A DNA stretch of 64,000 bases, taken from assembly GCA_030167865.1 (NCBI GenBank), contig JALAGF010001634.1, positions 1 to 64,000 of the forward strand. The letters run 5' to 3'. Position 1 is the stretch's first letter. Each line of letters starts with the position of its first letter. Both the position numbers and the translations under genes were made by a program. Under the pieces are notes generated by a model, which worked only from the letters and a program-made list of their open reading frames with translations, did no database searches and had not been told where the DNA came from. This document shows positions 1 to 10,588 of this stretch, in pieces. The DNA is from Craspedostauros australis. Taxonomy: Eukaryota.

Positions 1-1627
1 AGAGTGACGATTGGTGGTTGGTCATCAGGCCACCTCGCATTGTGGTGATTTTTTGCCGTGCGATACTGCTGGTGGATTCCTTGCGCTCTACCCTGCAGGC
101 AACTCTCACTGATGGGAATCAAACGCATCACATCGTCAAGAAGGTAAATGGCGTGGGGTCAGGAACGATACTCGATCGTCCCTGGTGGGCTTTTGATGAG
201 TTCAATATAACAGTAGTACAAGCCAACAAACCAGAAGACAAGGACTTGTTCTGCCAACCAAGAAGACGGTGCTTTTTCCGGACCACCGCAGCAAAGTGTG
301 ACGAGAATGAGCAACACCAAAACAATGCCGCAGCGAGGAAATCCCATCTCCACACCCGCAACAATGCGGGACTCAGAAATGATCGTTTGCTCTCGTGAAC
401 CAACTCGGCATTCTTGTAGTAGTCGTATGAGTCGAACATCTCGAATCGAGTGCGCTCCATCACGTGTGGCGAACTGGCAACCGGCAGTTTCTTGTCATTT
501 GCGAACAGACTCCGACACAAAAAACGTGATTTTCTCTTTTTCCGACAACTCCCTGTGTCTTTCCTGCTCTTGCGGCGCGTCTGATGTGATGCTTGATCTG
601 GCTCCTGTCGATCTTTCTCTCTGCCTCTTCTCCCTCCCACCACCGTCGCGACGCATCGCACGAGGTTCGTTCTTCCTTTGCACGACCACGCCACGAGTCC
701 CAACAAAGAAAACGCAACGCACATCCTCATCATCCAACGGTTCGTGAATCAGATTATTTACCTTTCTTGACGCCACGAGGTCCAAAAGTGTCACCGTTGT
801 GGGATCACAATATCGAGAACTCGTTTCGTCGACAGAATAGTTGCCTTGCGAACTCGTGAATGGGATTTTGCGCGAAGATGTTCAAACAGCATCGAGAATA
901 ACGGTTCGAAGTTCCTCTTCAACCAGCATAACCGTTGGTGTCAATACAACAAATTTCGTGTCTGTCACGTGTTCTCAAGTCTTTCCAAGCGAGCGATAGA
1001 GAGTACGACGCAACCACTGAACGTACGACGACACACAACCACTTCACCAGGTGTAGTCGTATGGTGCTACGCGATCCTTCGTCTGTCTGTCTGTCTCTCT
1101 CTCTCTCCTTAGAAGAATAGTATTTACTTTGTTGCATCGTATTATACTTTACTGTTTTGAATAGAGCAGAGTCGTCGCACCTATTATGATATTATATGCT
1201 ATTCTGCTATACTTGATTGTATAATACGTGGTCCATCTTCTGGCTGGAGATGGGCACAAGGCTGCTCGTCTTTTCGTAGTAGTACGACTACACGCACGAA
1301 CAGGCACAAGATGAAATGAGAACACAAGAAATTCGCGGTTGGAGTTCTCCACAAAAGGTCAGTGAATTTAGTGCCAGGCGAAAAGTCGCAGATTTCTGTG
1401 GACATCATGATCTTTGGGTGTGCAGATGCTTGCGAAATCCAACATGATGATCTCGTGGATCGTGGTTTCCAACCGACCACGCACATACATACTACGCGAC
1501 CAGAGAGGGAACGCACAGTCGCGGGTTCTGCTGTTGCCGCAGCCAACAACTAACCAACTCTCGCGTTGCTCACATTGACCACATTGATCACACAGACCAC
1601 ACAAATCGTATTGTACCAACATTGACC

Positions 1628-4066
1628 ATGGACGACTTTGACGAATGGATCAAGACGCAGCCGCACCCCTGCCTCCACCGATGGGAGGACGAGCTGCTGA
1701 GCCTGGGCGCATCGTGGGATTCCTTCCGCCGCGACACGGAGGAGGTGGTCCTCGATCTCGTGTCGGGTGGCATCCCGCTGCTGGCTGCGCGCGACATCAT
1801 CAGCATCGCCTCCGCAACCATCAATCAGAGCCAATCTCCGATGGCCATCTTCTGGGATCTAGAGAACCTCCAGATCCCCTCCTCGATCAGCGCGAGCGAC
1901 GTGGCCAGCCGCCTTAAGGTCATCCTGGCACCGCACGGCAACATGAAGCAGTTCCGCGGCTACGCCAGCATCGGCGAAGGCAACATCCCGGAGAAGAAGC
2001 GCTCCGAGCTGCAGCTATCCGGCTGCCACCTCGTGGACTGTCCGCACGTCGGTCGCAAGGAGGTTGTGGACAAGATGATCATCGTCGATGCCATGCAGTT
2101 TGCGTACACGCATCCCGAAGCTGCGACGCTCTGCTTCATCACCGGGGATGTGGACTACGCCTACCTTCTCGCCGTGCTGCAGCAACCGCAGTGGAAGACG
2201 ATTGTCATTTCCAAGGGCACCTTGCAATCCATGCTGCATGTTAATTGCGACATGAAGATGCGATGGGAGACGGACATTCTGCAGCTCACGGCTGCGGATC
2301 AGCACTCCAAAATCGCTTCCCGATTGCCCAGCACTCACAGCAGCAACTTTAGCGGCGTTATCGACGATGATGACGACGACGACGACGAAATCAGCGACTA
2401 TGACATCCGTCAAGCCATCCATAAAATCATCGACGATGATGAGGAGGATGACAGCGTCGTTCTTCTTGACGATTTCAACAACATCGATCATCCCGATGAT
2501 ACCTCTCACGAGGAAATGAAAACCGCAGAAACTGGATCTATGATGCGCCAACAAGCGGGTGGCGCGCCTCCCGCTGCCTCGGCGAACACAGTCGGAGACA
2601 AGGGCAACGCCCAGTCCTACCGCGACGCATTGTCCACCAAGCCGCTCGAAGGCCTCACCAACAACGAAGCCTGGCAGGATGACATCGAGATCTTGCGCTC
2701 TGCCATGCGCGGTGCGCCATTGACAGCGGGCGGCAACATCAGCGGCACCGCAGCCCGCAAGTCTTACACGGGCCAACGTCTGCGCGAGATCAATCCGGCC
2801 CGCTTTCCGAACCGGGAAAGCGTCCGCGAATTCCTCAAGAAAGTCATCGCCAACAACATCGTGCAGGAGTCCGGCGAGGGCGCGTACAAGATGGTCAAGT
2901 TTGTGGATAGGCCAGACTCCGTCAGGGTGCAACTTGACATCCCGATTCCCAAATCGGATCTGCCAGACAAAGTGACGCAGAGTGCTGCGTACCGTCCCTT
3001 CATCCTCTTCGTCCGATGGCCGCTGTGGCCCAAAGGTCGCCAATTCCCCGAGACTGCGTTCTATCAGACCACGGAATGGTTTATCATTCTCATGTTCAAA
3101 TGCAAGCTCGACGTCCTGGAGGCATTCTCGACGGATCCTTGGCTGAAGGCCGGGCACCTTGTCGACTGGCGTGACCTGGATCTGTCGGCAACATCGACGT
3201 CGGCAGCGGAACCAGCAACATCCCCGGCGCTAGTATCAGCGCCAGAGCCAGCTGCAGTATTCCAAGAAGGGAAAGAGGAAGTAGGAGCAAAAGAAGACGA
3301 AGACGATGAGGATGAGGATGAGGATGTAGAAGAAGAGGCCTTCTCCACGACATCTACTGCGAGCCAACCGCTCCACCACTGTTCCATCTGCAACAAGGAC
3401 AACTCATCCAACAATCGTATCGAAAAAATCGATGATAACTTCTTTTGTCCGATCTGCGCCATGTCTTGCTCCGCGGACTGGGTCAAGCGCAACAAGGAAG
3501 ATGTGATCGGCAAGGTCACACAGGTGCTGGAATTGATGGCCAGCAACGATGACATGTGCGTGATTGTTGTCTACCTTTGGAAGTTCCTTCAGTTTACGTG
3601 GCCCAACAAATGCCTGACCAAAAGTCACGCGTGCCTTTGGTTACACTTGGCGAAAGCAGATGGCAAAGTCCGAGAATTCAAGCACCCCAGTTCCGCCAAG
3701 ACGGTCATGGCGTGTCTCACTAAGCACGTGAAGCAAGCTATGCGCCCGTTCCCGCCGCCCAAAACACAAGATTTCTCCCAACAAATCGAATGCGTGCAAC
3801 ACTTGCTGCGCTTGAACGGCGGCTGGATGGACAGGAGGAAGGTCATTTCGGAACTGTCCACGCTGTATCCATCCACCATGAAGAACTTGTCGAACAGACT
3901 CCGTTTGATCTACGATGCCCACGGCCAGAAGAAGTTCTACGTTGGCAAGTGCCACCTGGGCCAGATCCTTGTGCTCAAGAGACAAGATGCCTACACGGCC
4001 GCTCACATCTTGACGAAAGCCAAGAAAGAGTCGAAGATGGAGGACAAAGGCGTCCTTGTCCTGTAG
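1628..4066 (+). CDS. NYN-domain (PIN-fold, LabA/DUF88/MARF1-like) ribonuclease with predicted LOTUS/OST-HTH-like domains and a C4 zinc-binding motif, 812 aa
   Basis: Single long ORF with first ATG at 1628. NYN motifs IFWDLEN, KEVVDKMIIVD and FITGDVDY are present, followed by an acidic linker, a winged-helix-like segment (RKSYTGQRLREINPARFPNRESVREFLKKVIANNIV) and CSIC...CPIC. Confidence 0.85.
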   Translation: MDDFDEWIKTQPHPCLHRWEDELLSLGASWDSFRRDTEEVVLDLVSGGIPLLAARDIISIASATINQSQSPMAIFWDLENLQIPSSISASDVASRLKVILAPHGNMKQFRGYASIGEGNIPEKKRSELQLSGCHLVDCPHVGRKEVVDKMIIVDAMQFAYTHPEAATLCFITGDVDYAYLLAVLQQPQWKTIVISKGTLQSMLHVNCDMKMRWETDILQLTAADQHSKIASRLPSTHSSNFSGVIDDDDDDDDEISDYDIRQAIHKIIDDDEEDDSVVLLDDFNNIDHPDDTSHEEMKTAETGSMMRQQAGGAPPAASANTVGDKGNAQSYRDALSTKPLEGLTNNEAWQDDIEILRSAMRGAPLTAGGNISGTAARKSYTGQRLREINPARFPNRESVREFLKKVIANNIVQESGEGAYKMVKFVDRPDSVRVQLDIPIPKSDLPDKVTQSAAYRPFILFVRWPLWPKGRQFPETAFYQTTEWFIILMFKCKLDVLEAFSTDPWLKAGHLVDWRDLDLSATSTSAAEPATSPALVSAPEPAAVFQEGKEEVGAKEDEDDEDEDEDVEEEAFSTTSTASQPLHHCSICNKDNSSNNRIEKIDDNFFCPICAMSCSADWVKRNKEDVIGKVTQVLELMASNDDMCVIVVYLWKFLQFTWPNKCLTKSHACLWLHLAKADGKVREFKHPSSAKTVMACLTKHVKQAMRPFPPPKTQDFSQQIECVQHLLRLNGGWMDRRKVISELSTLYPSTMKNLSNRLRLIYDAHGQKKFYVGKCHLGQILVLKRQDAYTAAHILTKAKKESKMEDKGVLVL

Positions 4067-4240
4067 AGATGATGCATGAGTATGCAAGGCGATGCAACTC
4101 CACAGCACTACAGATTCACGACGATGCGCAATAGTCGGTCGTCCGTTTGTAATCAAAGAAGCCATACCCGCGAACGTTCTCGAGAGACGCCGTTGACCTA
4201 AAATCTGGTGACGTATGGTACGAGTCTACGGTGTTGTGAT

Positions 4241-4270
4241 CTCTCTCTCTCTCCCTAGAGAGAGAGAGAG
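4241..4270. repeat. (CT)n/(AG)n inverted microsatellite forming a perfect 13-bp stem with a 4-nt loop
   Basis: Sequence ctctctctctctc-ccta-gagagagagagag, lying between two convergent genes. Confidence 0.8.
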
Positions 4271-4393
4271 TATTGCAAAACCAAAAGAACACTCCAGACC
4301 ATGAAGTCCGCACGCGTTCGCAAACGTAGTGTTTGAATAAAAAAACACGTCGACTCTGAAGTTCATCTTTCTTTCTCTCTTTCAACCATCTTT

Positions 4394-6187
4394 TTAGTAT
4401 CGGTTCGAGCTCTTCGCTGGTGCAGGTACGGAAGTCCCCATGACTGTCAAAGCGGCATCAACAGTCGGGATGCTGCTTGCCGCGTTCGGATGCGAGTATT
4501 GATGCGGGTTGTGTGAGTCCACCGGCACAGCAACGGCTTCTGCGATATTGGGGTTGTATGGACTGACGAATTCGCCGTTGGTTGGTGGCATGGCTGTATT
4601 ATGTGGTGCGTGATTGGATGGCGTTGCATTTGGCATCACCGGCGGTGGCATTGGAACTGGCATCGGCGCAATTCCAGGTGGAGTTGTGGTTGAGTATGCG
4701 GATGCATCGAAGCCATGTGATTGGAATGTTGGATTTTGGTGCGGGTGTTGGTAATTCTGTTGCTGGCAGTCTTGCTGTTGCTGTTGCTGCTGATGATGAT
4801 GATATGCAGCGGCACTGGAACCATTGCTACCGTCGTTCATTTGTTGGTACGGCATTGTGGACCCCACGTGTCCAGTTAGGTTGCTCTGCGCTTGATTCTG
4901 ATAATTCTGCGCACTTCCATTGCTGCACTGCTGCAACAGCATCACAAGGAACAGCGGCGCAATCGAAAAGCCAATGATCAAGCCCCAATTCCTTGATGCG
5001 GACACGCGCAGTTTCGTTGCATTTGCCCACCGTTCGCCGCCGTCGTCACCGTCACCGTCACCATTGTTGTTGTTGCCTCCATTTGAAGGTGAGGTGGCGA
5101 TCCAACATCGAACGTCGTTGGTGACTGGCAAATTGCAATGCATCAGGTACTCCGACGTATCCAGCGAGCACGTCTCCAACGCCTTTTTCGTTGAGGATGA
5201 TACATCGTACGTCGCTTCCGTGATGTCATAGTTCACTTTCAATGTCGTGTCGGAGTTTCCGTTGTTGTAATAGACGAAAGAGTACGTCCTCGTGTTCTTC
5301 AGATTGGTCCATGACACCTCCTCGGCACCGTCATCGGCCGACAGCGTATGAGACTGCGTGGCAAGTGCCATCACTTCACTGTGGTCGACACTGTGCCACC
5401 GCTGACGCTGAATATCATCGATCAAGGATCCATGATATCTGCTGTCATAATAGTACATCTCCACGGACCCTTGGTTCAACGTCGTCGTGAGGTAGATCGA
5501 TGATCCCTTCGTAAGTTGGAACGTGCTGTAGGTATATTCACCTTTGGCCAGATAGGTTGTCCCAGTTTCGGTATACTGATACGGCGTGCCTGTCAACGAG
5601 GGACACGAACGCGGGAATCCATACACGTCGATCTGTCCATTTTGGTTGCCAGTAGTTGGTATCTGCACGTTCAGCGAGCTCGTCAACAAGGCCGTTGGGT
5701 TGGCGAGGCGCAATGTTTCCCCTGGTGACACCAGGAGCGCCTGTGTTTCATACCTCCCAAGTCGAGCCATCGTGAAGAAGATGATCGCTGAAGCCACCGC
5801 TGCTGCGATCAGCGAACATTTTGGATGGCAAACAATCGGCTTGTTGGTCGGCGAAGGCGCTGTCGATGACGTTGGCAATGTGGATGCCGGCGGTGACGAA
5901 GATAATGAGCCGTCCATTGTCGCACCGTTGGTTTGTGGGTGGGCGTACTCGTAGTATCCACCTTGATTACCGCTCTGCTGCGCGCCAGCGTTCATATTGG
6001 CATTTCCATACGCAGACTGTTGCTGCTGGTGTTGCTGCTGCTGTTGTTGTTGATGATGGTGCGGACGATGCGAAGCGTTGCCTCCATTCATGGCAGCCAT
6101 CGAAGCGGCACCACCAAGGAAGGCTAGCACAGGACCAAGCGTACCAACTCCATGATGCACCTGGTACATTGGGAGTCTGAAATGCAT
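4394..6187 (-). CDS. Membrane protein with an extracellular/luminal domain resembling plant APD1-4 E3 ligases, Q/P-rich termini and no RING, about 597 aa
   Basis: Long ORF with first ATG at 6187. Two TM helices (LIAAAVASAIIFFTMA; WGLIIGFSIAPLFLVMLL) flank a beta-rich domain containing LLVSPGETLRL, VYGFPRSCPSL and YTYSTFQLTKGSSIYL. PolyQ tracts are present. Confidence 0.6.
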   Translation of the reverse strand: MHFRLPMYQVHHGVGTLGPVLAFLGGAASMAAMNGGNASHRPHHHQQQQQQQHQQQQSAYGNANMNAGAQQSGNQGGYYEYAHPQTNGATMDGSLSSSPPASTLPTSSTAPSPTNKPIVCHPKCSLIAAAVASAIIFFTMARLGRYETQALLVSPGETLRLANPTALLTSSLNVQIPTTGNQNGQIDVYGFPRSCPSLTGTPYQYTETGTTYLAKGEYTYSTFQLTKGSSIYLTTTLNQGSVEMYYYDSRYHGSLIDDIQRQRWHSVDHSEVMALATQSHTLSADDGAEEVSWTNLKNTRTYSFVYYNNGNSDTTLKVNYDITEATYDVSSSTKKALETCSLDTSEYLMHCNLPVTNDVRCWIATSPSNGGNNNNGDGDGDDGGERWANATKLRVSASRNWGLIIGFSIAPLFLVMLLQQCSNGSAQNYQNQAQSNLTGHVGSTMPYQQMNDGSNGSSAAAYHHHQQQQQQQDCQQQNYQHPHQNPTFQSHGFDASAYSTTTPPGIAPMPVPMPPPVMPNATPSNHAPHNTAMPPTNGEFVSPYNPNIAEAVAVPVDSHNPHQYSHPNAASSIPTVDAALTVMGTSVPAPAKSSNRY

Positions 6188-6824
6188 CTTGCTCACACAA
6201 TTCAGTTCTGTGTCCTCTCTCTATCCTCTCTCGATCCTCTTCACTTCTCGAAGACAACACAACAACCCGTTTTTGGATTTTGTGGGCGTTTGCCGCAACG
6301 ATGGTGCAGTTGTTTTCGTTGTTGTTGTCACATTTGTTACCGTTGTTGTGATGGAGTTTTGTGTTCTTTGACACTTCGTGGTGATGCGGTTTTGGTCGTG
6401 TTGAGTGTCACGACTTGGACAACGAACAGAGTCAACTTGCAACGGACACTCTGGCACACTTCCACCGTAGCGAAACCCAGCACAAGTCGATGTAACGTCC
6501 AAATACGACTCAGACAGTTTGTCCGATAATGCATTGGCGATGAAGTGTTGCAGATGGCGTTACGGCGGTTATCTTGGATTCATTTCGAATTGGCTTGCTC
6601 TGCACCTCACATTATTGCGCAGAATGCTGATACGCACGAGCACTCAGACAGTGCACATACGTCGACTCCACTCAGAATGCATGGTGTGGAGAGCAATCAT
6701 GTTCTCCTCTGTGAAAGAATGCATTACATTATATAATAGAATATTATTATTGTTGTAAAATCAACGCGCTCCATGGTCTGCGCCCGTCTCGCGTTTGCCA
6801 CGCAGACGAAGTGATGCTCTTCTC

Positions 6825-9800
6825 CTAATCCAATTTACCGCTAAAGCGTGTTGGAGACCTGGTCACCTTCAACTTGGGTTTGTATTCGAATGGACTCTTC
6901 CAATCGCTCATCATCGCGTGTTGCCTCTTCTGGCTTTCTGGTGAAAGCGGCGCATCTGGCAGTGACGCACCGAAGTTGGGATCCTTGGTGCGGGGCGGAG
7001 ATCCCAAGATGGATGGCGATGAAAAGCGGTTCGATGCACTGCCTGGAGGACTGCCAATCGTGCGTGTTTTTGCTGGCACAGGGGTGGTGGGCACATCGTC
7101 ATCGGCAGCTTCCTCAGGTTTCGGTTTCTCCTCGTCTTCCTTCTTCTTCGGCTTCTTGGGGCTCACCTTCTTGAGCTTGACAGGTTCCTTCTTTGGCGAC
7201 TTCGTAGGCTCTTTCTTTGTTGTCTTGCGAAAGTTGGGAGCCGTGCCTTTAATATTCTTCTCGTCGTTGGCAAGGAATGGGGAGAGGGATAGCTTTCCAA
7301 CCTTGCGGCCCTTCCCGTTGTTTTCAGGCGACGGCGGCCACTTCCTAATCACCTTCTTGCGAGCGGCCTTGACGGCGTCCGAGCTGGCAGCATTCTTCGG
7401 TGGCCAATCGCCGCGGAGCTTGCCCGGCGGAGGCTTTGGTGGCGCGTACGTCCACGTTCCCTGTGGCGTCCAGTCGTCCGGAGGCGTTCGACCTGGAGCG
7501 TACACCCACATATCCTGAGGTTTCCACGTTCCGTCGCTGTTCGGCTTTGCGTCTGGGTTGTGACCCCACACCCCGTGCGGTTCATCATCATCCAATTCCT
7601 CTGGCTCGTGCTCCTTGTCGTACAGCCAAAGCTCCTGCGGCTTCCATTTGGCGACGTCGCTTGGTTCATCGTCGTCGGAGCCAAACTTCCATGTGCCCTT
7701 CGGTTTGCGGTCGTGCCGCGGCTTCGTGAGGCCAAGATTTCCTTTCCCATATGCCCATAGCTGCTGTGGTCTCCATTTCTCATCCAGCATGTCCTTAGGT
7801 ATCTTGCCGACAGTCCGGGCAAGCTTGGGTTTTGTGGCTGTGTACGGGGGACAGTCCTCCTGCTGCTGACCGGATGGGTACGCCCAAACCCCCTGGGGGT
7901 TCCAGTCCTTCGGTGGTTCCTCGCTTGGTCCGAACACCCAAACATCCGACGGCTTGCAGTTGCCATCGTCATCTGGAGCGGCATCGGGGTCGAAACCCCA
8001 TACGCCTGATGGGCTCCTGTTGACGACGGGCTTGCTGTCATCCTTGTCCTTATCACCTGCGTCTGAATCTGGATCTGGACCGACCATGTCCTCTCCCTTG
8101 TAGGCAACGATGTCCTGCGGCTTCCAGTCGTCTTGGCCTTCCGGCTCCTTGCTCTTGGGGTTGAACTTCCACGTTCCCTTCAGCGGGGCAGGGTTTGCAT
8201 CGACTCCACCAGCTGGGTCGGCCTTCTTCCTGTTGAAAGTACGTGGCTTCAGCGGCTTCTTGAGGTCGTCATTTCCCTTGCCGTACACCTTCATCTTGCG
8301 TGGTTTGCCGACGGTTGGGGCATTCTCAAACAGTTGTTGCGCAGCCTTTGGAAGCTTCCCGATGCTGCGCCTCAGAGGGATCACTTCCTTGGTCTCTGGC
8401 GGCCAGTCGATATCAAGCTTGCCCGGAGTCCAAACACCCTGTGCCTTCCAGTTCGCCGGCGGCTTTTCGTCAGGCGCGTACACCCACGTATCCTCAGGAC
8501 GGTAGTTTCCATTCTCATCTGGCACCGCGTTCGGCGCGTAGCCCCAAAATCCGCGGATTGGTTTTCCATCCTTCGTCATCTGAACTGGCTCATCGGACGG
8601 AGGTTCAAAGTGATGGTGCAGCATCACTGGCACAGGCTTCCACTCACCCTGATCGTCCGGTCCCTTCGCGTCTGGACTGAACTTCCACGTCGCAGTTGGG
8701 CGGTGCTCGCCATCAATCTCACCGTTCAGGTCTGGCGAGCCGTTTCCGCAGATCCACACCTTGTCGGGGGCCTTGATGTTTCCGTCATCAGTCGCCTCCT
8801 TGGCAAACATGGGTAGCTTGTTGACGGGTCGCAGGAGCTTCCTTGCCTCATCGAGCTTTGGTGGCCAATCCACATCGAGCTTGTTTGCCGTCACCCACAC
8901 ACCGGCAGGCTTGACGTGCTTTGGCGGCGCCTGTCCAGGAGCGAAGATCCACGTATCGTTGGGCTTGAAATGCCCAGTCGATTCGTCTCGCTTGGCATCG
9001 GGTGCTCTCGCCCAGATCCCACGATCGGTGGCGCCAAGGACCGGCTTGCCGGACGATAGATCTGCCTCGGACAGGATAGATGATGCCGCGGTCGACTGTG
9101 CGGACTCAGTCGTGGCGATGGAGTCGTGACGGTTGGGAGGCACAAGTTCAGGCGACGCGGCCGGCGCAGGTGGCAAGGGTGGTGGATGGTCCTTGTCGTA
9201 GAGCAGGATCTGTCTTGGCTCCCACAGGTCTGAATCGTCGGAATCGACTGTGCGGCGTGGCATCTTGGGTGCGCAGTCCTTCTTGTTGTCGTCGTTGGAC
9301 CACTTCCAGACGGCACGCGGAGCTTCGCGAGTTGCGATTTGCTTGCGACGGTTGAACAGATCGTTCCGCTCACCTTCGTCGCTGAGGCTTTCCAAGTCGT
9401 AGTAGTACACCTCGTCGTCCATGTGATCGAATTCGTCAAGCTCGCGCGCACCCGGACCGTACACCCAGAATGGTTCTGGATTCCAGTCATCGTCGTCGTC
9501 GATGTCATCATCCAGCGTGGCATCATCGGTGTAGCCACCTTTGTCTGCATCGCCATCGTCTCCGCGACGATCGCTGTAGCTGTTGTCGTCCTCGTCGTAC
9601 TCGGGTGTGTTGTACCTTTGAAGGCCACCAATATCTTTATCACCTCTGGTGGAATACATCTCGGTGTGTTCAGTTCCGTCTGGTATGCCATCATCATCGA
9701 CATCAGCGTCCTCGCCGTGATTGTCGTCATCGCCGTTGTCATCATCAGTCACGAGTGCTGCATCTTCTTCTGGTGCATCGACTTGTAGGCTGGCACGATC

Positions 9801-10385
9801 GTCAATGTCACCGCCAGCATCATCATCGAGACTGCCATTTGCACTTGCATCAATACCAGCAAGAGAATTGCCATTGTCGTTGGTGCCGAGGCTCTTGCTA
9901 TCCTTGGGGTCGAAGGGTAGGCTTGGAATCTTCCTGTCAATACTGGCTGCCGATGGTGACGAAGATACGGGATCTTCCTTGTTGTTGCTACCAGCAGTGC
10001 CAGCAGAATCTTCTTTTGGAGTGTTGGCGATGGTGTTGACAGTGGGAGTAGTGGTAGTGGGGGTAGTGGTGTCACTGCTCCTCTTGTGAGCCTTCTTCTT
10101 CTTGTCTTTCTTTTTCTTCTTCTTGCTCTCCTTCTCCGAACTCTTTGGAGACTTGGGATATTCGATGTCTTTCATGGGCTTGTCTCCATACTCCTTGCCC
10201 TTGATGTCAGAGAGCGGCATGGCATCACAGATCGTGTCCTCGATCAAGATCACGCCAGTCTCGAGCGTAATCATCTTGCGAACGCGGATCCTGTCATCCC
10301 ATCGCTTCGATGTTTCTTCCTTGATGTTTGTCACAACCGCACCGCCGAAGACCTCCCCGATCACCGCGTTGTCTGTTCCTTCCAT
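6825..10385 (-). CDS. Hypothetical 1186-aa protein with an acidic N-terminal region and four higher-order Trp/Pro/Gly-rich repeats
   Basis: Uninterrupted 3.56-kb ORF with recurrent motifs GxW, WKP, DxWV(Y/F)AP, KLxxDWPP and R(S/T/K)(I/V)GK(L/I). No signal peptide or TM segment is visible. Confidence 0.85.
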   Translation of the reverse strand: MEGTDNAVIGEVFGGAVVTNIKEETSKRWDDRIRVRKMITLETGVILIEDTICDAMPLSDIKGKEYGDKPMKDIEYPKSPKSSEKESKKKKKKDKKKKAHKRSSDTTTPTTTTPTVNTIANTPKEDSAGTAGSNNKEDPVSSSPSAASIDRKIPSLPFDPKDSKSLGTNDNGNSLAGIDASANGSLDDDAGGDIDDRASLQVDAPEEDAALVTDDDNGDDDNHGEDADVDDDGIPDGTEHTEMYSTRGDKDIGGLQRYNTPEYDEDDNSYSDRRGDDGDADKGGYTDDATLDDDIDDDDDWNPEPFWVYGPGARELDEFDHMDDEVYYYDLESLSDEGERNDLFNRRKQIATREAPRAVWKWSNDDNKKDCAPKMPRRTVDSDDSDLWEPRQILLYDKDHPPPLPPAPAASPELVPPNRHDSIATTESAQSTAASSILSEADLSSGKPVLGATDRGIWARAPDAKRDESTGHFKPNDTWIFAPGQAPPKHVKPAGVWVTANKLDVDWPPKLDEARKLLRPVNKLPMFAKEATDDGNIKAPDKVWICGNGSPDLNGEIDGEHRPTATWKFSPDAKGPDDQGEWKPVPVMLHHHFEPPSDEPVQMTKDGKPIRGFWGYAPNAVPDENGNYRPEDTWVYAPDEKPPANWKAQGVWTPGKLDIDWPPETKEVIPLRRSIGKLPKAAQQLFENAPTVGKPRKMKVYGKGNDDLKKPLKPRTFNRKKADPAGGVDANPAPLKGTWKFNPKSKEPEGQDDWKPQDIVAYKGEDMVGPDPDSDAGDKDKDDSKPVVNRSPSGVWGFDPDAAPDDDGNCKPSDVWVFGPSEEPPKDWNPQGVWAYPSGQQQEDCPPYTATKPKLARTVGKIPKDMLDEKWRPQQLWAYGKGNLGLTKPRHDRKPKGTWKFGSDDDEPSDVAKWKPQELWLYDKEHEPEELDDDEPHGVWGHNPDAKPNSDGTWKPQDMWVYAPGRTPPDDWTPQGTWTYAPPKPPPGKLRGDWPPKNAASSDAVKAARKKVIRKWPPSPENNGKGRKVGKLSLSPFLANDEKNIKGTAPNFRKTTKKEPTKSPKKEPVKLKKVSPKKPKKKEDEEKPKPEEAADDDVPTTPVPAKTRTIGSPPGSASNRFSSPSILGSPPRTKDPNFGASLPDAPLSPESQKRQHAMMSDWKSPFEYKPKLKVTRSPTRFSGKLD

Positions 10386-10553
10386 GGTGCCGTCACTTGG
10401 CTTGGCAAGTTGATGTCAGCTGAGGTGCCCTTGCCTTTGTTCGGTGCGTGGTTGGCTGGCTGCTTGGGCTACGCACGAGCAGCTCGTATCTATGATGTCG
10501 ATGCTCTTGATGTCACTCTATAGCGAGAACTATTGATGTTGTGTGGCAGTCTC

Positions 10554-10588
<35 letters not shown>
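10554..10588. repeat. (TTTC)n microsatellite
   Basis: Directly visible tandem ctttctttcttt... upstream of the 1186-aa gene. Confidence 0.85.

Noticed and set aside
1..1620. Several short ORFs at the window start
   Set aside because: No coherent gene model or domain; a gene may begin near the left edge on the minus strand but cannot be supported.
2015..3157. 380-aa antisense ORF
   Set aside because: It overlaps the NYN gene on the opposite strand and has no domain signal.
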